The notes beneath the pieces were generated by a model, which made no database searches, was not told the origin of the DNA, and worked only from the letters and a program-made list of their open reading frames with translations. Positions 14,617 to 21,461 of a DNA stretch of 24,000 bases are shown here, piece by piece. How positions within the stretch are numbered: the stretch's first letter is position 1; each line of letters begins with the position of its first letter. This stretch comes from Erysipelotrichaceae bacterium (GTDB taxonomy: Bacteria; Bacillota_I; Bacilli_A; Erysipelotrichales; Erysipelotrichaceae), in contig JBJFHD010000084.1 in NCBI GenBank assembly GCA_051893335.1, positions 16,001 to 40,000 of the forward strand, read 5' to 3'. A program made the translations under genes and the position numbers.

Positions 14617-14967
14617 ATGGATACAATACAGTTTAGATTGGATATTTTAAATAAATCGGGAATTATTAATGATCAGGAAAAAGAAGTGCTGGAAAAATGG
14701 CTTGAAATAATTAATGATTTTTCCCAAAACTTTAATCAGGAAAAAATTGAACGAATGATAACTCATTGTGCAATGATGATGAAAAGAAAAAGAGATAATC
14801 AAGATATCGGAACTTTACCTGATGAAGTGTATCAATCTATTAAAGAGCATGAAAATTATCACGATTGCGTTCAACTATTTAACAAAATGAACGAATTATA
14901 CCAAGTAAACTCTCAGGAAGAGAAGTATTTGATTCTTCATTTATGCAGTTTATTTGAGAGGGAGTAG
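14617..14967 (+). CDS. yhfY: Stand-alone PRD-domain protein (YhfY-like)
   Basis: 116 aa from the ATG at 14617, with RBS GAGGGAG at 14604-14610. The track starts at the TTG at 14602. The protein is all-helical with two His in PRD-like contexts, ITHCAMMMKR (H50) and YLILHLCSLF (H108), 58 residues apart, like the two phosphorylatable His of a PRD. Size matches E. coli YhfY (about 120 aa). Confidence 0.7.
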   Translation: MDTIQFRLDILNKSGIINDQEKEVLEKWLEIINDFSQNFNQEKIERMITHCAMMMKRKRDNQDIGTLPDEVYQSIKEHENYHDCVQLFNKMNELYQVNSQEEKYLILHLCSLFERE

Positions 14968-14969
14968 CT

Positions 14970-15830
14970 ATGAAATTAGATAATATAACATATTCTCACG
15001 AACATATGGTCATTGATTTGACAAAGGGCAAAAATGATCCGGATTGTTATTTGAATTTATATCAGATGGCAATAGACGAATTGAAAGAAATAAGAAGTAA
15101 GGGCGTAAGTAGAATTGTTGATTGTTCCAATCATGGAATTGGAGTTGATTGGGAAGTAAACCGTTTAATTGAACAGGAAACGGGGATAAAAATTATCAAC
15201 TCAACCGGTTGTTATAAGGACCCGTTTTTACCATCATGGTTTCAAGATAAGACAATCGAACAATTGGCTGATCTCTTTTTAGCTGATTTAAACAGTAAGG
15301 CAGAGGTTATCGGGGAAATCGGTACCAGCAATAATGTGATGACTGAAAATGAAAAGAAACTGTTTGAAGCCAGTGCTTTAGCTTATCATAAAGCAGCTAA
15401 AAAACCGGTAATCATTACTCATACTACTTTAGGCACTTGCGCTTTACAACAAGTTGAATTTTTTAAAGCTCATAATGTTGACTTACGCAAGGTTATCATC
15501 AGTCACACTGCCTTAGCAAATGATCTCGGGCTGATCTTACAATTACTAAAGCAAGGAGTTAATATCGCCTTTGACACGATAGGAAAAAAGAAATATCTGC
15601 CGGATCAAACCAGAGCCATCTTTATCAAGGAAGCAATTGATAACGGTTATCGGGATCAGTTATTGATGTCGATGGATTTGACTAGACAATCGCATTTAAA
15701 GAAAAACGGCGGTGTCGGTTTGTCGTATCTAATTGACAGTTTTATTCCGGAATTGCTGAATTTGTCAGTTAAAGAGAGTGATATTGAAACAATTACCTGT
15801 TGTAATTTTGAAAGGATTTTGAATATATGA
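14970..15830 (+). CDS. php: Phosphotriesterase-homology protein (Php/YhfV; amidohydrolase-superfamily binuclear metal hydrolase)
   Basis: 286 aa. All six Php metal-ligand positions are present: H10/H12 (SHEH), E116 (GEIGTS, a Glu in place of the carbamylated Lys of true phosphotriesterases), H151 (ITHT), H179 (ISHT) and D236 (SMDLTR). Long blocks match E. coli Php as I remember it (FDTIGK, LSMD.TR.SHLK.NGG.G..YL...FIP.L). Confidence 0.92.
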   Translation: MKLDNITYSHEHMVIDLTKGKNDPDCYLNLYQMAIDELKEIRSKGVSRIVDCSNHGIGVDWEVNRLIEQETGIKIINSTGCYKDPFLPSWFQDKTIEQLADLFLADLNSKAEVIGEIGTSNNVMTENEKKLFEASALAYHKAAKKPVIITHTTLGTCALQQVEFFKAHNVDLRKVIISHTALANDLGLILQLLKQGVNIAFDTIGKKKYLPDQTRAIFIKEAIDNGYRDQLLMSMDLTRQSHLKKNGGVGLSYLIDSFIPELLNLSVKESDIETITCCNFERILNI

Positions 15831-16930
15831 AAGCCTACCCATTAGAAAGTATTTCTTTAGAAAAAGCCATGCAGTTTCAGTTTAAAATGATAGACTGCAT
15901 TACCACGGAATTTACCGGAAGCGAATTTTTAACTCGTGGTGATTTAGGAGTGGTTGCGGGTTTGAATAAACCTAAAACAACTTTAAAAGCTGAAAAAGTA
16001 GTGGCAAAGTTTTTTGACAGTGAAAAAGCTATCTTTGTTAGAGGGACAGGCACCTCAGCAATTAGATATGCCTTATATTCAGTATGCAAAAGCAATGAAA
16101 CATTGTTGGTTCATACTTCTCCGATATATTCAACAACCAAGACTTCCATAGAGATGCTGGGGATTAAAACAGTAGCTGCTGATTTTAATGATTTAGAGGA
16201 TATTGAAAGAGTGCTGAAACAGCATCCGGAAATAAAAGCGGCTTTAGTTCAGGTTACTAGGCAGTCTGTAAGTGACAGTTATGATTTACAGCAGGTTATC
16301 GCCAAGATTAAGTCGGTAAAAAATATTCCGGTTGTAACAGACGACAATTATGCCGTAATGAAGATTGAAAAGATCGGTTGTCAATGCGGTGCAGATTTAT
16401 CCTGCTTTTCCTGCTTTAAACTGCAAGGTCCGGAAGGAATCGGTTGTGTAGTCGGAAAGAGTGAATATATCGACTTCTTGATTAAAGAGCATTATTCCGG
16501 CGGAAGCCAAACTCAAGGCTGGGAAGCAATGGAAGTATTAAGAGGTTTGGTTTACTCTCCTGTTATGCTGGCTATTCAGGCTCAGACCAATGACGAATGT
16601 GTAAAAAGATTAAACGATGGGGAAATAGAGGAGGTTAAAGAAGCATTTTTAGCCAACGCTCAATCAAAAGTCTTGTTAGTAGAATTCAACCAGCCAATTG
16701 CTAAACAAGTAATAATTGAAGCTGAAAAACTGGGCGGTTTGCCAAATCCGGTTGGAGCTGAGTCAAAATATGAAATTCCACCGATGTTTTACCGTGTTTC
16801 CGGTACATTTAGAGCAAGTGATCCGACAATCGATGACAGAATGATTAGAATTAATCCTAACAGATCAGGTGCTGATACAATTATCAGAATCTTAAAAGAA
16901 AGCATTAAGAGGGCAAAACAATGTTTATAG
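15827..16930 (+). CDS. yhfS: YhfS-family fold-type I PLP-dependent enzyme
   Basis: 367 aa. GTGTSAIRYAL, DDNYAVM and the candidate Schiff-base lysine in SCFSCFK (K198, nt 16418-16420) fit the fold. The start overlaps the php stop (ATGA at 15827-15830). Size and context match E. coli YhfS (about 361 aa). Confidence 0.75.
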   Translation: MKAYPLESISLEKAMQFQFKMIDCITTEFTGSEFLTRGDLGVVAGLNKPKTTLKAEKVVAKFFDSEKAIFVRGTGTSAIRYALYSVCKSNETLLVHTSPIYSTTKTSIEMLGIKTVAADFNDLEDIERVLKQHPEIKAALVQVTRQSVSDSYDLQQVIAKIKSVKNIPVVTDDNYAVMKIEKIGCQCGADLSCFSCFKLQGPEGIGCVVGKSEYIDFLIKEHYSGGSQTQGWEAMEVLRGLVYSPVMLAIQAQTNDECVKRLNDGEIEEVKEAFLANAQSKVLLVEFNQPIAKQVIIEAEKLGGLPNPVGAESKYEIPPMFYRVSGTFRASDPTIDDRMIRINPNRSGADTIIRILKESIKRAKQCL

Positions 16931-18084
16931 ATCAAACGCTAAAATTAAACCGTAATTTGATAGCTGCTTGCTTTTCTCTGCACCAGAATGGCTTAATTTT
17001 ACCTGACAGCTATGTAGTTGATGTCGATCGTTTTCTTGCCAATAGCAAGATGATATTAGATAAGGCCGGTGAGAATAATCTAGCTTGTTACTTTATGCTC
17101 AAGCAGATCGGTCGAAATCCTTATTTGGCAGCAAAATTGATTGAAATGGGTTATAAGGGAGCGGTAGTTGTTGATTTTAAAGAGGCTCTGGTGATGATGA
17201 AACATCATATCCATATCAGTAATGTCGGTCATTTGGTTCAAATCCCTAAAGCTCTATTACAGAAGCTGGTTGACTACGGCTGTGATTACTATACAGTTTT
17301 TTCCTATCAGAAAATTCTTGACTTAAATCAGTGTGCTAAAAAGAGCAATAAAAAGATTAAATTGATGTTAAGAGTAACTGATGACAGTGATATAGTATAC
17401 AGCGGTCAAACTGCCGGATTTTATTTACATCAACTGGAAGAACTGGTAAATCAGGTTAAAAAATTAGAATATGTTGAGATAAAAGGGGTTACTTCTTTTC
17501 CGTGTTTTCTTTATGATGAAACACTCGGAAAAATTGCTCCGACAAATAATTTAAACACCGTTTTAAAAGCAAAAGAATTGCTGGAAGCACTGGGGGAGAA
17601 AATCGATAATGTCAATGCCCCTTCAACTTCTTCAGTCGCAACGATTGAAGCAATGCAAAACTATCCGATTAACAGTATTGAACCGGGACACGGTTTATCC
17701 GGCACAACCCCGCTTCATGCCAGCAAGAAGTGTCAGGAGGTACCTGCTGTGGCATATGTCAGTGAAGTGTCTCACAATTATGATGGTTTAGCTTACTGTT
17801 ATGGCGGAGGGCATTACCGCAGAAGTCATGTTAAAAACGCTTTAGTCGGCAAGTCAATCGATGATTTTAAAAAAGTCACAGTCATTGCTCCTAACGATGA
17901 TAGTATCGATTATCATTTTGGACTAAGCGAAAAATGTCAGGAAAATGATACGGTTATAATGGCATTTAGATATCAGATTTTTGTGACAAGAAGTAATGTT
18001 GTGCTGTTAAGCGGGTTAAGTGGCAACAATCCTAAAAAAGAAGGAATTTATAACAGTTTAGGAGATGAGATAAAAGATGAGTAA
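16921..18084 (+). CDS. yhfX: YhfX-family alanine-racemase-fold (fold-type III) PLP enzyme
   Basis: 387 aa, the same length as E. coli YhfX as I recall. There is an N-terminal TIM-barrel-like pattern with a candidate PLP lysine in CYFMLKQIGRNP. The gene overlaps yhfS by 10 nt. RBS AAGAGGG at 16907-16913. Confidence 0.7.
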   Translation: MFIDQTLKLNRNLIAACFSLHQNGLILPDSYVVDVDRFLANSKMILDKAGENNLACYFMLKQIGRNPYLAAKLIEMGYKGAVVVDFKEALVMMKHHIHISNVGHLVQIPKALLQKLVDYGCDYYTVFSYQKILDLNQCAKKSNKKIKLMLRVTDDSDIVYSGQTAGFYLHQLEELVNQVKKLEYVEIKGVTSFPCFLYDETLGKIAPTNNLNTVLKAKELLEALGEKIDNVNAPSTSSVATIEAMQNYPINSIEPGHGLSGTTPLHASKKCQEVPAVAYVSEVSHNYDGLAYCYGGGHYRRSHVKNALVGKSIDDFKKVTVIAPNDDSIDYHFGLSEKCQENDTVIMAFRYQIFVTRSNVVLLSGLSGNNPKKEGIYNSLGDEIKDE

Positions 18085-19288
18085 AAGATTTATTATCATT
18101 GTCTTAGATGGTTTTGGCATCGGAGCAATGAGTGATGCTGCTCAAGTCAGAGCCGGTGATGAAAAAGCCAACACATTAAGAAGCATATTAAATGATTGCC
18201 CTGATTTAAAGTTACCTACTTTGGAAAAGCTGGGCTTAATGAATGCCTATGGTCAGGAGAGTCTGAATATGAAGTTTGCTGAAAAGGCAAATTACGGCAA
18301 GAGCGAACTGGCTCATTTTGGCGCAGATACATTTATGGGGCATCAGGAGATTATGGGGACTTTCCCTAAAAAGCCTGAAGTGCATCCTTTCCAGCAAAAA
18401 GCTCAGGCAGTATATGAACATTTGAAGGAAAACGGTCACAAAGTGGAGTACAAACAAGAACAAGGTTTAAGATATGTTGTTTGTGATGATTATGTGACTA
18501 TTGCTGATAATCTGGAAGCTGATTTAGGTATGTGTTACAATGTCACCGCTCCGTTAGACTACATTAGTTTTGAAAAAGAACTGGAAATCGGTAGACTGAC
18601 CAGAGAAGTTGTTACGGTTGGTAGAGTTATTGTATTTGGCGGTACCGGCAATAATATGCAGGATTTATATAATGCTCAGGAAATAAGAAACGGTAAGTAT
18701 ATCGGAATTGCCAGCGCAAAATCCAAATCTTATGAGCATGGCTATCAATGTCGTCATCTTGGCTATGGGGTTGATAAAAACGTTCAGGTGCCTACTATCC
18801 TGACTCGAAACGGTATAGCTTGTACTTTGATCGGTAAAGTAGCCGATATTGTCTCAAACGATGGGGGAACAAGTATTTCCTGTGTTGATACTGATGAGTG
18901 TATGCAGCTGACACTAGATGCGATTAAAGCAATGGACAGGGGTTTTATTTGCACGAATATTCAAGAAACCGATTTGGCAGGTCATTCACAAGACAGCCAG
19001 GTGTATCGTCAAATCCTTGAAAAAGCCGATAGAGGAATTGAAAGAATTTTACCTTTATTGACCGAGGATGATATTTTGATTATTCAGGCTGATCACGGTA
19101 ATGATCCTGATATCGGCAGCAGCAGACATACAAGAGAATGTGTGCCTTTGTTAATCTACAAAAAAGGGTTGAGTAATGTCAGAGTCGGCACAAGAAAAAC
19201 CATGAGTGATAACGGAGCTACCTGTTGTGATTTCTTTAATGTGGAGAAATGTGAAAACGGGACATCTTATCTGGATTTGTTGCTGTAG
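18077..19288 (+). CDS. yhfW: YhfW-family metallo-phosphomutase (phosphopentomutase/DeoB-like, alkaline-phosphatase superfamily)
   Basis: 403 aa. IIIVLDGFGIGAMSDA, ETDLAGHSQD and IQADHGNDPD correspond to the metal-binding motifs of DeoB-type mutases. The gene overlaps yhfX by 8 nt. Confidence 0.85.
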   Translation: MSKRFIIIVLDGFGIGAMSDAAQVRAGDEKANTLRSILNDCPDLKLPTLEKLGLMNAYGQESLNMKFAEKANYGKSELAHFGADTFMGHQEIMGTFPKKPEVHPFQQKAQAVYEHLKENGHKVEYKQEQGLRYVVCDDYVTIADNLEADLGMCYNVTAPLDYISFEKELEIGRLTREVVTVGRVIVFGGTGNNMQDLYNAQEIRNGKYIGIASAKSKSYEHGYQCRHLGYGVDKNVQVPTILTRNGIACTLIGKVADIVSNDGGTSISCVDTDECMQLTLDAIKAMDRGFICTNIQETDLAGHSQDSQVYRQILEKADRGIERILPLLTEDDILIIQADHGNDPDIGSSRHTRECVPLLIYKKGLSNVRVGTRKTMSDNGATCCDFFNVEKCENGTSYLDLLL

Positions 19289-19462
19289 TCAAGGATGTTT
19301 TAATTTGTTGTAAAATCAGGTTTGAACCAAAAAGTGTTAAGTGAGTTAGTTTAAAGATGAAAAGAACTAAGAGAGAAACTTTTCAATTACAGTGAGTTAC
19401 CACTAATAATCATTAATGGTGGTCAATTGATAATAAATAATATTAAAAAATTGTATGGTTAG

Positions 19463-19496
19463 GGCTTTTGTGGAGTGAACAAAGCCTTTTTTCTTT
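19463..19496 (+). terminator. Rho-independent terminator closing the yhf-type operon
   Basis: GGCTTT(T)GT (19463-19471) pairs with ACAAAGCC (19479-19486): 8 bp with one bulged T and loop GGAGTGA. TTTTTTCTTT follows. It lies 175 nt downstream of the yhfW stop. Confidence 0.7.
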
Positions 19497-19630
19497 AGGT
19501 CGAACTTAAATCATTAAATAATAACTTGTCCTAATTTAACTCCAAAAAGTAATTATCATTAACTACTTTTTGATAACTTTTTCAAAAAAAATAAAAGATA
19601 AAATGAAATCAAATTAAGGAGGAACTTTTA

Positions 19631-20524
19631 ATGTTAGTTTCAATGAAAGAGATTTTGGAGAGAGCAAGTGCTGAAAATTATGCTGTTGCAGCTCCAAATG
19701 TATTTACAGAATTAGATGTTAGAGCATTTATTCAAGCAGCAGAAGAATTAAGAGCCCCTTTAATTCTTGATTTTGGTTTTAAGGCTGCTGACGATTTAAT
19801 GATGTCCGGTCAAATGATTAGACAGTTATGTATTCAATCAAATGTTCCGATTGCATTGAATTTAGACCATGGCGGAGATTATTCTCAAATAATAGGAGCA
19901 ATCAATGCAGGATTTACCTCAGTTATGGTTGACCGTTCATCTTTACCGTTTGAGGATAATGTAGCTCAAACAAAGTATGTAGTTGATATTGCCCATACTG
20001 TTGGTATTTCAGTTGAAGCTGAGTTAGGTCATGTTGGACAAGCACAACAATATGATGTTGATAGAAATGCTAAATTAACTTCACCTGAACAGGCAGTTGA
20101 GTTTATTGAAAAAACAGGAGTTGACTGTTTAGCAGTTGCTATCGGAACTGCTCATGGTGCTTATCCGAGAGGATTTACTCCGTATCTTGATTTTGATAGA
20201 TTGGCTGAAATAAAGAAAGCAACTAACAATTTCCCTCTGGTACTTCACGGTTCTTCAGGAACGAAAGAAGAAGACCTAAAAAAAGTATGCTCAATGGGCA
20301 TTAATAAAGTTAATATTTGCAACGATATTTTACAGCACATCGTGAAAGTATTGCATGAAACTGATTTAGAAGGTCAAAAAGCATATCAATTGTGGCCAAC
20401 TGCTCAAAAAGCTGCAAAAGACTATTTAAAACACATGATAAAAGACGTATATGGCTCAGCCGGGAAGGCTTGGGTACCTGTCAATCATGGTATTCCTTAT
20501 AAGGGAAAAGAAATGGCTGAATAA
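19631..20524 (+). CDS. Class II (Zn-dependent) ketose-/fructose-bisphosphate aldolase, catalytically complete
   Basis: 297 aa. NLDHG (D79, H80; CAT at 19868-19870), VEAELGHVG (E131), IGTAHG (H175) and LVLHGSSG (H206) are all present, so the three Zn histidines of GatY/AgaY-type aldolases are intact. RBS AAGGAGG at 19616-19622. Confidence 0.92.
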   Translation: MLVSMKEILERASAENYAVAAPNVFTELDVRAFIQAAEELRAPLILDFGFKAADDLMMSGQMIRQLCIQSNVPIALNLDHGGDYSQIIGAINAGFTSVMVDRSSLPFEDNVAQTKYVVDIAHTVGISVEAELGHVGQAQQYDVDRNAKLTSPEQAVEFIEKTGVDCLAVAIGTAHGAYPRGFTPYLDFDRLAEIKKATNNFPLVLHGSSGTKEEDLKKVCSMGINKVNICNDILQHIVKVLHETDLEGQKAYQLWPTAQKAAKDYLKHMIKDVYGSAGKAWVPVNHGIPYKGKEMAE

Positions 20525-20552
20525 ATAAACATACATAGAAATTTATGTCCTT

Positions 20553-20583
20553 ATAAACTGCAAATTAAACATTTGCAGTTTAT
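20553..20583. repeat. Perfect 13-bp inverted repeat (hairpin without a U-tract) between the two aldolase genes
   Basis: ATAAACTGCAAAT (20553-20565) and ATTTGCAGTTTAT (20571-20583) are exact reverse complements with loop TAAAC. The hairpin is flanked by a 9-nt direct repeat ATACATAGA (20531-20539 and 20592-20600). Confidence 0.7.
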
Positions 20584-20615
20584 GCATAATAATACATAGA
20601 GAGGAAATACCCAAA

Positions 20616-21461
20616 ATGTTAGTAAACATGATAGATATGCTGAAGAAAGCAAGGACGGGTAAATATGGTATTGCAGCTCCAAACATCTGCAATGAAATCA
20701 CTGCTCGTGCGGCAATATTGGCAGCCGAGGAAAATGATGCGCCGATAATCATTGATTTAGTATTCAAAGCGAATCCGGATATCCCATTGCTTACAAAGAT
20801 GGTTGTTGAGATGGCTGAAAAAGCGACAGTTCCTGTTGCACTGAATTTGGATTACTGTATTTCCTACGAAGAAACCATGCAAGCTTTGAAACTCGGTTTT
20901 ACTTCTGTATCTTTAGATAGGACTGACAAACCGATAGATCAAAATATCAAGGAAACAATAGAAATAGTTGAAGTTGCTCATGCTTTAAATGCCAGCGTTG
21001 AGGGACAACTTGGCAGGGTAGTATCTGCAAAAGGTAACAATTATCTGGATAGGGGTTTATTAACCGAACCTGATTTGGTAAAAGAATATATTGAGAAAAC
21101 CAATATTGATGCTTTAGCAATTTCAATTGGTAATGCCAGAGGCAAATATGATTCAGAAGTTAGAATTGATTTTGATAGGTTAGAGAGAATTAATAAAGAA
21201 TCAAGCGTTCCCTTGTGTATTCATGGTGGTTCTTATACCGGAATTGATAATTTGAAAAAAATGATATATAACGGAGTTACAAAAATCAATTTGAGTACGG
21301 AACTGTATTCTTCCGGAAATGATGCTGTCTTAAATGGGAATAACTGCTTTCAAAAACCCTATGAACTGTTTGATGTATATTCTAATGGGTACAAGGATAA
21401 GTTAGTCGAGTATATGTCGGCATTTGGTCAAATCGGTAAAGCAAAGGAAACAATTAAATGA
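20616..21461 (+). CDS. Class II aldolase paralogue with a degenerate metal site (probable non-catalytic or neofunctionalised subunit)
   Basis: 281 aa, alignable along its length with the upstream aldolase (MLVNMIDMLKKA.. vs MLVSMKEILERA..; VPVALNLD, GFTSVSLDR, DFDRLE). Key positions differ: NLDYC (Y80; TAC at 20853-20855) replaces NLDHG, VEGQLGR (Q131) replaces VEAELGH, and IGNARG (R175) replaces IGTAHG. Only the third His (CIHGG, H203) is kept. Confidence 0.85.
   Translation: MLVNMIDMLKKARTGKYGIAAPNICNEITARAAILAAEENDAPIIIDLVFKANPDIPLLTKMVVEMAEKATVPVALNLDYCISYEETMQALKLGFTSVSLDRTDKPIDQNIKETIEIVEVAHALNASVEGQLGRVVSAKGNNYLDRGLLTEPDLVKEYIEKTNIDALAISIGNARGKYDSEVRIDFDRLERINKESSVPLCIHGGSYTGIDNLKKMIYNGVTKINLSTELYSSGNDAVLNGNNCFQKPYELFDVYSNGYKDKLVEYMSAFGQIGKAKETIK

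Noticed and set aside
19357-19395. 12-codon mini-ORF (MKRTKRETFQLQ) in the yhfW 3' untranslated region.
   Set aside because: It has no Shine-Dalgarno sequence and is too short and unremarkable to call. It is mentioned only as part of the unexplained 3' region.
11609-19630. Catabolite-responsive element (cre, TGWAANCGNTNWCA-like) sites in the three promoter regions of the sugar locus.
   Set aside because: Scanning by eye found TGAAA-containing strings (for example 12735-12750 and 19603-19616), but none has the central CG and the symmetric right half.
20543-20767. 74-aa minus-strand ORF covering the inter-aldolase hairpin and the start of the second aldolase gene.
   Set aside because: It is antisense to the conserved N-terminus of the aldolase paralogue. 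Its sequence is hydrophobic and low-complexity, and it has no RBS. The hairpin is better treated as an RNA/DNA element.
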